Shown here in pieces: positions 1 through 7,575 of a DNA stretch of 64,000 nucleotides; within the stretch, counting starts at the first letter, position 1; every line of letters starts with the position of its first letter. The stretch comes from a virus: UHGV virus genome UHGV-0101699. The stretch is one strand, 5' to 3'. The notes beneath the pieces are model-generated. The model did no database searches, was not told where the DNA came from, and worked only from the letters and a program-made list of their open reading frames with translations. A program made the position numbers and the translations under genes.

Positions 1-1045
1 ACACAAGGCATTCAGTTTGGTCAGGTCAAATCCACCGTCTGTGTCATGAACGATTTTGCAGTAAGCAGAAACAGACTCGCCAAGGCTGTCGATTTTGCTG
101 GTCTCTGAGGTGCTGGCAGTACCCTCCATCATTGAGCCCTTGCGGATGAAGTTGCATACAACACCTTTCGCTCCCATGGACTTCAGGACGTTCTGCAGCT
201 TGATGCCTTCCTCATCGTTTTCGACGACGGCCCGGAAGCGCACGTAATTGCCGCGTATCTGCTTGTCATCCACATCGTCTTCCAGGTTTACGAATTTCGG
301 CGCCGAGGTTTCGAAATGACTGAACGAGCCGTCAGGGTTCACAATCATGTATCCCGCCAGCGAACCTACGTCCCCCCAGTTTTGGTGCGTCAGCGCGCCG
401 ACACTGATAACTCCGGGGATCACCTCCTTGTGGTTGTGGTAATGGCCGGACAGTACCAGGCGAAAGCCTATGTCTTTCAGCTCCTGCGCATCGATGCCAA
501 CATCAGGCATTGTGGGGATAGCTTTGTTGATGGCGGTATGAATCACGACGTCGTGCAGATCCCCGTCAAGCCGCGCACGAAGTGCTTTCAGGTCGCTAAT
601 TAACTCGGCATGGTTGTTTCGCCAGCTCACCATATGGACTGTGACATCACCCAATTTGATGCTGTGTGGCTTACGGCCGCAGACGATCTGTACACCAATC
701 GACTTCAGCGCCGCTGCGGCGTTAGCGCTGTAGACAGAGTCGTTTGTTTCCAGGTCATGGTTGCCGGCCAGCATAGCAACGCTGAGCCCCAGATCTTTGA
801 CGATCCACTCATAGGCATCGGAGACGTAGTTGAGTACGGTAGGGGATACGGTTCCGCGGACGTGGAATGTGTCGCCGGCCACCAGCATGTGGCTGCAGCC
901 CGCTTTTTTCATAGCTATGGCCGCTTCTTTTGTGGCCTCCAGCTGAATGGCTAGCCGAGAATTGAGACCATCTGCATCGGTCGTCGAGAATGAATCCCAT
1001 TTGTGGTAATGGGGATCGGAGATCACCCCATATGGCAACGTCATG
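1..1045 (-). CDS. SbcD/Mre11-like metallophosphoesterase nuclease, 5' part only (continues beyond window start)
   Basis: Manual minus-strand translation from the ATG at 1045 gives MTLPYGVISDPHYHKW...MLVAGDTFH...MLAGNHDLE, the calcineurin-like phosphoesterase motifs (DxH, GDxxD, GNHD) of SbcD/Mre11. The frame has no stop before position 1. Confidence 0.7.
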
Positions 1046-1157
1046 TGTATTTTCCTTTGTGGTTATTTTGATATAGATTATAAGCATGTAAAACAGGCCA
1101 ACAACCAAGTAAACACGGCACATTAGAAAATCTACAGGCTGGATATTATGGCAAAAT

Positions 1158-1178
1158 AGATAAGTAAGTACATACCTA
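1158..1178 (-). promoter_or_regulatory. copy of dispersed box (AGATAAGTAAGTACATACC) upstream of sbcD-like gene
   Basis: Motif family GTAAGTACTTAC, followed on the coding strand by a TATTTT -10-like hexamer. Confidence 0.45.
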
Positions 1179-1231
1179 TTTTATAAGGTAGAGCTAGACA
1201 CTTAAGTAAGATCTAGACTCTGGGTGTGGTC

Positions 1232-1726
1232 TCAGCGTGGGTTGCGGAAAAGCAGTTGTGTGCCAGTGGGGCTGGTATCAACAAGATGAAAGCCACGGCG
1301 CTTAAGCATTTCAGCCATTTTTGTCGATTTGACGTAACACTTTGCCATCATTGGTAGTGGTGCGTTTGAGTCAATCATATCCGACAGGAACATCGAACCA
1401 TATCCTTTACCCTGCATAGATTTGGTGATACAGAAGGTACGGAGTTCAAGACGTTGATATCCAGCCGGATCAATCTCAGGAGTAAACCAGATCAGGCCAA
1501 TTTTTTTATCGTCTGAACGACGAAGCAGGATGAAGATGAAATGGCCTGACTCACCATTAGCGTCGCGAATCTTAATGGCTTCACGCATTTGTTTTTCAAA
1601 CTTCTTCCCACCGGCTTGCGTGATGATCTCATTTGTAAAGTGACCAAGACGTGCTCCTTCCTCGAATTCATGCATCAGAAAGGGCATATCAGCCAGAGTA
1701 ATCTCTCTTGAGTAAAAATCGTCCAT
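1232..1726 (-). CDS. GNAT-family N-acetyltransferase (putative)
   Basis: 164 aa. QGKGYGS matches the Q/RxxGxG/A acetyl-CoA motif. Size and beta-alpha pattern are typical of GNAT. Confidence 0.5.
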   Translation of the reverse strand: MDDFYSREITLADMPFLMHEFEEGARLGHFTNEIITQAGGKKFEKQMREAIKIRDANGESGHFIFILLRRSDDKKIGLIWFTPEIDPAGYQRLELRTFCITKSMQGKGYGSMFLSDMIDSNAPLPMMAKCYVKSTKMAEMLKRRGFHLVDTSPTGTQLLFRNPR

Positions 1727-1801
1727 ATATCACTCCCTTGGCTTCTCAGATGCATTCTAAGCTACGCTATTTTGTATTCGCGTAAAGACCCCTTTGTTCG
1801 C

Positions 1802-2446
1802 TTAGGGTTCGTCAGAGAGCTTCTGACGCGCATTTGCGATGCTAAAAACTTCTGCTTTTGGCCGAGGGTCGACTAAATCGAGTTCTGCTTCGCTGTGATA
1901 CTCGATATCAAAGTCCCGTTTGATGTGTCTGATGTAAATCGCTGTGAGCAGGCTGTCTTCTTTCAGGAAGTGGCCATAGGATCGGCGGATCACTTCACCT
2001 ACTTTTTCGATCTTCTCTCCGCCCATACAGAGGTGATTGAATCGACTGTGCTTTCTCAGCATTTCATCAACTGGCCCAGAGTAAACCTTATCCACGACAC
2101 CGAATCGAAGGATCTTCGCAGTATCAGCTTCAACCAGGCAGACAATCTTCCCCTCGGTCAATCTGTCACGCCAGGTAACGCCTGAACGCATAGTGTTGAA
2201 GTAGGGGGTATCCAGACCGATGATCGGTTTTCGAAATGCCAGCAGCGGTACGTATCTGGCACAGCTGTTCAGGTGGAAGTTAACGCCGGCGTCACGCAAC
2301 TTGAGTCGGGTCTCGTTGATGTTGCACTTCGAGGCTATGCCACACAGGCTGCAGAGAACCTTCTCGTTGCTCAGTGTGGAGTTTGATTCTATGGTGTAGG
2401 TTCCGTCTTCCAGACGGCGTACCCAACGTGTGCGTTTTAAGTCCAT
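1802..2446 (-). CDS. hypothetical protein
   Basis: 214-aa ORF with no overlap to neighbouring genes. No motif recognised. Confidence 0.5.
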   Translation of the reverse strand: MDLKRTRWVRRLEDGTYTIESNSTLSNEKVLCSLCGIASKCNINETRLKLRDAGVNFHLNSCARYVPLLAFRKPIIGLDTPYFNTMRSGVTWRDRLTEGKIVCLVEADTAKILRFGVVDKVYSGPVDEMLRKHSRFNHLCMGGEKIEKVGEVIRRSYGHFLKEDSLLTAIYIRHIKRDFDIEYHSEAELDLVDPRPKAEVFSIANARQKLSDEP

Positions 2447-2523
2447 GTTCTCGTTTTAGTGATTGTTGACCGGAACCACGATAGCTTACTAGGCACACCT
2501 GTAATCGCAAATGCCTGTTTTAC

Positions 2524-2604
2524 TTATCCACTTATCCACTGGTTAGATCCCAATAATAAGATCCCTATACAGATCCCTATATAGATCCAAAGAGATCCCC
2601 GATC
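2524..2604. promoter_or_regulatory. origin-like region: two tandem DnaA boxes (TTATCCACT x2, 2524..2540) followed by six GATC sites in AGATCCC-type heptamers (2546..2604)
   Basis: Direct reading. Clustered Dam sites plus DnaA boxes immediately upstream of iterons and the rep gene match P1 oriR-type architecture. Confidence 0.65.
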
Positions 2605-2644
2605 GCCGCAGGCCGCGCCACGCCTGGGCTAAGGACTGATCCGT

Positions 2645-2750
2645 GTATGCTGTCAGCGGTAAACGATATGCTGTCAGCGGTACGGTATATGCTGCCAACG
2701 GTTTTGTGTATGCTATCAGCGGTAATTGACGTATGCTGTCAGCGGTTAGA
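2645..2750. repeat. 5 iterons (TATGCTGTCAGCGGT consensus, ~22 bp period) upstream of rep gene (incC-like)
   Basis: Copies at ~2646, 2667, 2687 (variant GCCAACGG), 2709 (variant GCTATCAGC) and 2733. The two-helical-turn spacing is typical of iterons. Confidence 0.8.
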
Positions 2751-2766
2751 ACCAAAAGGTATCCAC

Positions 2767-3864
2767 ATGTCCACAAGAAAGAAAAAAGAGAGCGATATCA
2801 AAGAAATACCTGAAGATAACGAAATTCTTGAGGAAGAAGCTCTCACTTTGTACACAGGTGACTTAGTTCCTAACAGCAACAATACGGTGCAGCCAATCGC
2901 TTTAATGCGTCTTGGCCTCTTTGTGCCGACACTCAAAGGAACGAAAAATAGCTCTCGCAACAAGTCCAACATGATCGACGCATCCAGAGAGCTTGTCCAG
3001 CTGGAAGTCGCGCGGTCAGAGGGTTATTCAAACATTAAAATCACCGGTCCGCGACTGGATATGGATCATGATTTCAAAACCTGGGTTGGTGTTGTTCGCT
3101 CTCTGGCTGAATACGGCGAGCCAACCGGGCGCGTAGAGCTGAGCATAACGAAGTTCGCCAAGTTCTGCGGCTACCCGTCCTCGCAGATCCGCAAAACCCT
3201 GCGAGACCGCCTGACAAACAGCCTGCTCAAGATCATGCGCACGACGCTGTCGTTCCAGCGCACTCATGAAGAGAAGAACGTCGACGACACCAACAAGATA
3301 TCCCTGTTGATGGTTCACCTCATAAACAGCGTTGATTACAACGAGAAGAAAGACTCTATTGTCTTTTATGCTGAACCTAAGCTGTCTGAGCTCTATCGCT
3401 TTGACCACAAAGTTCTGCTGCAGTTAAAGGTCATCAACAAGCTCCCGCGCAAGGAGACGGCCCAGGCGCTGTATACTTTCATCGAAAGTCTTCCTCCTAA
3501 GCCGGCACCGGTATCTCTTGCCCGGCTGCGCGCCAGGCTCAATCTGAGCACGCGCAACGTCAGCTCGCAAAACCAGACTATCAGGAACGGATTGAAGTCA
3601 CTGCAAGAGCTGGGCTATCTCGAATATAGCGAGGTTAAGCGTGGCCGTTCTGTCTACATCCAGATCCACAGTCGTAACCCAAAACTGAAAGTAACATCGA
3701 GCAAACCCGAGAAGCCAGAGGCGCCTAAGCAGGCAGAAGAAGCGAAGGGTGAAATTGATGCGAAACAGAACCTCAAAAACAAAATTTCTGAGCTGTCGCA
3801 GAACCTGACGCCAGAGAATATCAAGCTGATCGAGATACTCACCAATAGCCTCAAGTTGCTTTGA
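2767..3864 (+). CDS. repA: replication initiator protein (RepA-like, iteron-binding)
   Basis: Start moved to the ATG at 2767 (MSTRKKKESD...); the listed ORF from 2647 runs through the iterons. The 365-aa gene is flanked on both sides by iterons. Gene context identifies it rather than a motif. Confidence 0.65.
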   Translation: MSTRKKKESDIKEIPEDNEILEEEALTLYTGDLVPNSNNTVQPIALMRLGLFVPTLKGTKNSSRNKSNMIDASRELVQLEVARSEGYSNIKITGPRLDMDHDFKTWVGVVRSLAEYGEPTGRVELSITKFAKFCGYPSSQIRKTLRDRLTNSLLKIMRTTLSFQRTHEEKNVDDTNKISLLMVHLINSVDYNEKKDSIVFYAEPKLSELYRFDHKVLLQLKVINKLPRKETAQALYTFIESLPPKPAPVSLARLRARLNLSTRNVSSQNQTIRNGLKSLQELGYLEYSEVKRGRSVYIQIHSRNPKLKVTSSKPEKPEAPKQAEEAKGEIDAKQNLKNKISELSQNLTPENIKLIEILTNSLKLL

Positions 3865-4135
3865 TACGCTGTCAGCGGTTCAACATATGCTGTCAGCGGT
3901 TCTTTTGTCTCAATGTATGCTGTCAGCGGTAAAACGTATGCTGTCAGCGGTACATTTCCACTATCTGCGGTCTTTATAAATCGACATGGCTAACGTCTAA
4001 GGGCAACTGCTGCCCTATGAATGTATGCTGTCAGCGGTGAAAGATATGCTGTCAGCGGTAAAACGTATGCTGTGAACGGCACAAGGTATGCTGCCAGCGG
4101 TAATTCACTGTCAACGTATGCTGTGAGCGGTAATA
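3864..4135. repeat. 9 iterons of the same 15-mer downstream of rep gene in two groups (4+5), incA-like copy-control array
   Basis: Copies at ~3864, 3885, 3915, 3936, then 4024, 4045, 4066, 4087, 4116. Variants include TACGCTGTCAGCGGT, TATGCTGTGAACGGC and TATGCTGCCAGCGGT. Confidence 0.8.
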
Positions 4136-4315
4136 CAGCGCTGGATTAGATATCCTGAAAACGGGCGACGCAGTCGTTGCTTTGCGTCAGGCCCGTGTAG
4201 ATAACAATATGGCTTCCCCAGTGGTCACTAACCGGCTAACCCGCATGAATGCTAGGTTAGTGGTTACTAACAAATGTTATTCCATCACGCTTAAAACGCG
4301 CTGCAGAAACATCGG

Positions 4316-4528
4316 TTAGTGGATCTGCTTGAGCAAACCCCAAAGCGTTTGTGCTTTCGATGTGAGTTTCCCGGTTTCAGGATCAAACATGCGCCATTCC
4401 CTACGCTGGTGGATGATGTAACCGTCTTCGCGTTCCAGACGCTCCAGCATGTCCGGTTTTCGGAAGCCTTTCGCTCTCCAGTAGCCGCTTGTTTTCTCAA
4501 TCTCAAGACCAGTCATTGTGAGAGCCAT
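4316..4528 (-). CDS. hypothetical protein (70 aa)
   Basis: Strong SD (GTAAGGAGG, 7 nt spacer) before the ATG at 4528. The start overlaps the stop of the upstream gene as TAATG, which indicates translational coupling. Confidence 0.6.
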   Translation of the reverse strand: MALTMTGLEIEKTSGYWRAKGFRKPDMLERLEREDGYIIHQRREWRMFDPETGKLTSKAQTLWGLLKQIH

Positions 4529-4863
4529 TAACCAACCTCCTTACATCCGTCAAAAAAGAAACTTTGGTCTTTGCTATGAACGCCGTAGACGTCGTGGGAT
4601 TTGTTGTAGATAAGCTTATCCTCGCCAACGCCAACCAGTTTACCGTTTCGTTTAGCCAGATATGGAGATGAGAGAACCTCATCGCCGCGGACGACATAGA
4701 ACTGCTCTCCGCTATCAACGACCAGCGCGCCGAAGTCAGCTTTAGTAGGTCTGCTGATTTGATCATTTTTCACCTGCGATACGGTCATATCGCATTGGTA
4801 AATTCGGGTATCCGCCAGCAGAGAGAAGGAGAGGGCGGCCAGCAGTAGCGTTATTTTTCTCAT
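4528..4863 (-). CDS. secreted/periplasmic protein with N-terminal signal peptide (111 aa)
   Basis: Internal start MRKITLLLAALSFSLLADTR has n-, h- and c-regions of a Sec signal. The listed 204-aa ORF is a read-through composite. Confidence 0.5.
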   Translation of the reverse strand: MRKITLLLAALSFSLLADTRIYQCDMTVSQVKNDQISRPTKADFGALVVDSGEQFYVVRGDEVLSSPYLAKRNGKLVGVGEDKLIYNKSHDVYGVHSKDQSFFFDGCKEVG

Positions 4864-4976
4864 ACCACTATCCCTGTGTAGACCTGTGCTGTAGAGGTGA
4901 CGACCAGCACCAGTGCGAGCATGTTCACAGTGGTTCCGTTGACAGGAGACAGAGCTTTCTTGAGTGTCCCGATCAT
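4860..4976 (-). CDS. small hydrophobic peptide (38 aa, MIGTLKKALSPVNGTTVNMLALVLVVTSTAQVYTGIVV), tentative
   Basis: Own reading. Its stop overlaps the next start as ATGA. It has one predicted TM helix. It is not in the ORF track because it is short. Confidence 0.3.
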   Translation of the reverse strand: MIGTLKKALSPVNGTTVNMLALVLVVTSTAQVYTGIVV

Positions 4977-5220
4977 CAGGCAGTCCAACATAAACAGTAT
5001 TGAAAAGATGAGTAACAGGATATCTATGTATATCTTCATAATAGGTAAATACTAACTTATATATTTTGAGCTGTAAATGGCTACGGAAGAGCGCCAAGGC
5101 CTGGAATTCCCTAAGGATGGCGAGTCCAGAGCCATTCACCATAAGCAGTGGCTAAGCATCACTTTCAGTACTGGCAGATATCCAAACTAATATTCTCATG
5201 TGCTTCTCCTTTGTGGTTTA

Positions 5221-5235
5221 TGTACTTACTTATTA
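5221..5235 (-). promoter_or_regulatory. copy of dispersed box (TGTACTTACTTATTA)
   Basis: Upstream of the 4316..4976 minus-strand gene cluster. Confidence 0.4.
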
Positions 5236-5398
5236 TTCTGATCGAGAGAAGGGGAGCAATCGTCCTGTTCAGGTGATGGCTCATCTATTAGAGCAATGAC
5301 CTCGCGCAGCTGAGCGGCCCATTCAGGCTCAGGTAAGCCTTGGGCGATTTCTGCGTCGATAACATCGAGCGCGGCATTGGCCGCATCCCAGAGCCTCT

Positions 5399-6133
5399 TC
5401 ACTTTGATTCTCCCTTCTCTAGCAAACTTTTAATGTCAATCTGTAGGTTGTCTGGCCCTTCGATCACGTCGGACATCCCAGCTCTCATTGCGGCGCCAGA
5501 TACGTATGCCTCAATTTCCGCCTTGCCTGACGATACGATTTTATCCATCGACTCCTGCATCAACCTGGTGGAGAAAGAAAGATTAGATGGCAAATTGGCC
5601 GTAGCTGCGCGCAAAGATGCATACACATCCTCCAGCTCACGCTTCCCTGCTCTGCCCTTCTTAACCAGCTCTCCTAAACGAGCAACTTCGTCCATAATCC
5701 GTTCAATTTCTTTAGATGCCGTTGCCTCAATTTGAGACTCGAACTTGTCACGAATGCTCTTCTGTTCTGCAATATCAGGGAGACGTTCTGCATCTCCTGA
5801 ACTGCGGTAAGAAATTGTGCAAGGCACCCCATCGCCAACGCCGAAGCTGCTGACCATTGCTGCCCACTGGGCCTGGCTGAGTCGAATTTCTACGATCGGT
5901 CTGCGCTTATAGGTGCTTCTTCTAGGGGTCGGATGCTCACGATCCATCGTCATTTCTGCTTCGTATACACCGATCTCAATGTATTCGTGGTGTTTCAGCT
6001 CCGAATCGAATAGACGAATGCCGGTTGTATGTACCCGGCTGGTTTTGACAAGACCGAATGCCGGGTGCGACTGGATGGTTTCGCCATGTTTGTTTGTGCT
6101 AGTTATCGGATTTTCAATTCTACGATTGCTCAT
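5399..6133 (-). CDS. hypothetical protein (244 aa)
   Basis: Long ORF packed between neighbours. No motif recognised. Confidence 0.5.
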   Translation of the reverse strand: MSNRRIENPITSTNKHGETIQSHPAFGLVKTSRVHTTGIRLFDSELKHHEYIEIGVYEAEMTMDREHPTPRRSTYKRRPIVEIRLSQAQWAAMVSSFGVGDGVPCTISYRSSGDAERLPDIAEQKSIRDKFESQIEATASKEIERIMDEVARLGELVKKGRAGKRELEDVYASLRAATANLPSNLSFSTRLMQESMDKIVSSGKAEIEAYVSGAAMRAGMSDVIEGPDNLQIDIKSLLEKGESK

Positions 6134-6134
6134 A

Positions 6135-6368
6135 TCATCCTCTGTATTCGATAAACGCTAGGGGAAGCTGTTCAACGCTGTAACCGTTTTGCAGCTCGTT
6201 GGTAAAGACACGCTCAACCACTCGTCTGTCTGGGTTGAACATGTAATTTCCGGGATACTTCGTTTTGAATACATTTCCGTCTTTCACCAGCCACCAGGCG
6301 TCCACGATGGCTACCCGGTAACTACGTGGCACTGTCACATTTGACGTTGGGATTGGGATTAATTCCAT
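6135..6368 (-). CDS. hypothetical protein (77 aa from ATG at 6368; track uses upstream TTG)
   Basis: The ATG at 6368 follows a stretch of the track ORF that is better read as non-coding and contains the AACCAAGTTGTT palindrome. Confidence 0.4.
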   Translation of the reverse strand: MELIPIPTSNVTVPRSYRVAIVDAWWLVKDGNVFKTKYPGNYMFNPDRRVVERVFTNELQNGYSVEQLPLAFIEYRG

Positions 6369-6415
6369 ATTAGTAACCAAGTTGTTTTCTTATTGGTGAT
6401 AATACCCATAAAAAA

Positions 6416-6436
6416 ACGGCGTCCAATGGACGCCGT
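6416..6436 (-). terminator. rho-independent terminator hairpin ACGGCGTCC-aat-GGACGCCGT, T-run on minus strand
   Basis: 9-bp GC-rich stem followed on the minus strand by TTTTTTT. Lies downstream of the 6451..7281 gene. Confidence 0.75.
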
Positions 6437-6450
6437 AACTTTGTTGAGGG

Positions 6451-7281
6451 CTATTTAATAGTAATGAAAGGAGTGTTTGCGCCCTGTGTCATGTATTGAG
6501 GCAACTGACCATTCCACTTATTGATAGCTTCAAGTTCCATGACATTAGGGTTCTGGCGTAGTGCTTCACCGCGTAATTTAATCGCATCAGCTTCTGCTTG
6601 AGCGCGTTTGCGGATAGCATCAGCTTCACCTTCCGCTTGTTCGCGTAGCATGTTTGCTTCAGCTTTACGTTGCTCGACTTCCTGCTGGCGCTGGAGAGTC
6701 TTCTGGTTCGCGGTAACTTTGGCATTGATGGATTCAATGACAGTGTCAGGGTAGTCAGGTTTCCCTACCCACGACAGACTCAAGACTTCTATGCCTACCG
6801 GTGTCATTTCTTTCTGAATATCTTTGAGTGCATTATCGAGTAGTGCAGCTTTTCCACCGTCAATGAAAGCATCCGTGGTCATGCGGCTAGCAAGTCTGTT
6901 TAAAGAGTCGGCAATCTTCTGGCGAAGATCAGTGTCGGTAATATCATCAACACCTTTCCGATAAGTTTGGAAAACCGTGGTTACCTTGTCGCGATTGACC
7001 AGGTACGCAACACCGATTTTGTGGCCAATTGCAGTACCGTCACTCATTTGAAAAGTGAAAGGTTCATCGTATGTTTTCATCTGCTTAAATGTGGGGAATA
7101 CGTAGAGTTCGGTATTGATGCCCGTCCACTGACGGCCCACGCCAACAACCTCCCCAATTCCCTTGTCTTCGCCTAGTTTGTTGACCTTAATGCCAACGTA
7201 ACCTGGCTCTACACGATCACAACCACTAAGGCCCATCGTACAAATCGCAGCCAGTACTATCGCCAATATACCTTTCTTCAT
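6451..7281 (-). CDS. SPFH/band-7 (HflC/HflK/prohibitin-like) lipoprotein
   Basis: Lipobox LSGC after a signal peptide. The SPFH core is followed by a charged coiled-coil (EQRKAEANMLREQAEGEADAIRKRAQAEADAIKLR), typical of the family. Confidence 0.7.
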   Translation of the reverse strand: MKKGILAIVLAAICTMGLSGCDRVEPGYVGIKVNKLGEDKGIGEVVGVGRQWTGINTELYVFPTFKQMKTYDEPFTFQMSDGTAIGHKIGVAYLVNRDKVTTVFQTYRKGVDDITDTDLRQKIADSLNRLASRMTTDAFIDGGKAALLDNALKDIQKEMTPVGIEVLSLSWVGKPDYPDTVIESINAKVTANQKTLQRQQEVEQRKAEANMLREQAEGEADAIRKRAQAEADAIKLRGEALRQNPNVMELEAINKWNGQLPQYMTQGANTPFITIK

Positions 7282-7484
7282 TACTTATTCTCCTGAGATT
7301 TTTTGAGTGAGTTGATATACCGGCGTCCTGCGATGAGACCTACAACTGGGAACCCAAAAGCCATAAAAAGGCCGATTAACAGAGCCACATCGCTTTTAGC
7401 CGAAACAAGCGAAGGGACCAGCAATCCGTAAACAAAAGCGACTGATAACACAGTCAAAACCGCCATCAGATAACCTTTAATCAT
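7282..7484 (-). CDS. small 2-TM membrane protein, probable NfeD-like partner of the SPFH protein
   Basis: 67 aa with two hydrophobic helices. Its stop abuts the SPFH gene start. SPFH genes are usually paired with an NfeD-type membrane protein. Confidence 0.5.
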
Positions 7485-7514
7485 GTGTGTCCTTACGTTG
7501 TTTTGTTTTCAAAT

Positions 7515-7533
7515 GATAAGTAAGTACTTATAT
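7515..7533 (-). promoter_or_regulatory. copy of dispersed box (GATAAGTAAGTACTTATAT)
   Basis: About 30 bp upstream of the 7484 start, just after the recA terminator. Confidence 0.5.
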
Positions 7534-7551
7534 ATTTTCAAGTATCAAAAT

Positions 7552-7570
7552 AGGCGTCCAATGGACGCCT
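7552..7570 (-). terminator. terminator hairpin AGGCGTCC-aat-GGACGCCT downstream of recA
   Basis: Same stem sequence as the 6416 hairpin. Followed by TATTTTGAT on the minus strand. Confidence 0.7.
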
Positions 7571-7575
7571 TTACG

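Noticed and set aside
2647-2766. N-terminal 40 aa of the listed rep ORF (MLSAVNDMLSAVRYMLPTV...)
   Set aside because: This stretch is the translation of the iteron array, seen as repeated MLSAV. The true start is the ATG at 2767.
2645-4135. Possible CRISPR array (regular short repeats)
   Set aside because: The repeats are 15 bp on a ~22-bp period with 6-8-bp 'spacers', flank a rep gene on both sides, show point variants, and have no cas genes nearby. They are iterons, not CRISPR.
4219-4272. Two TAGTGGTYACTAAC inverted-repeat elements downstream of the iteron array
   Set aside because: Only two copies and no nearby gene start to interpret them as operators. They might be partition or host-factor sites, but the evidence is too thin to call.
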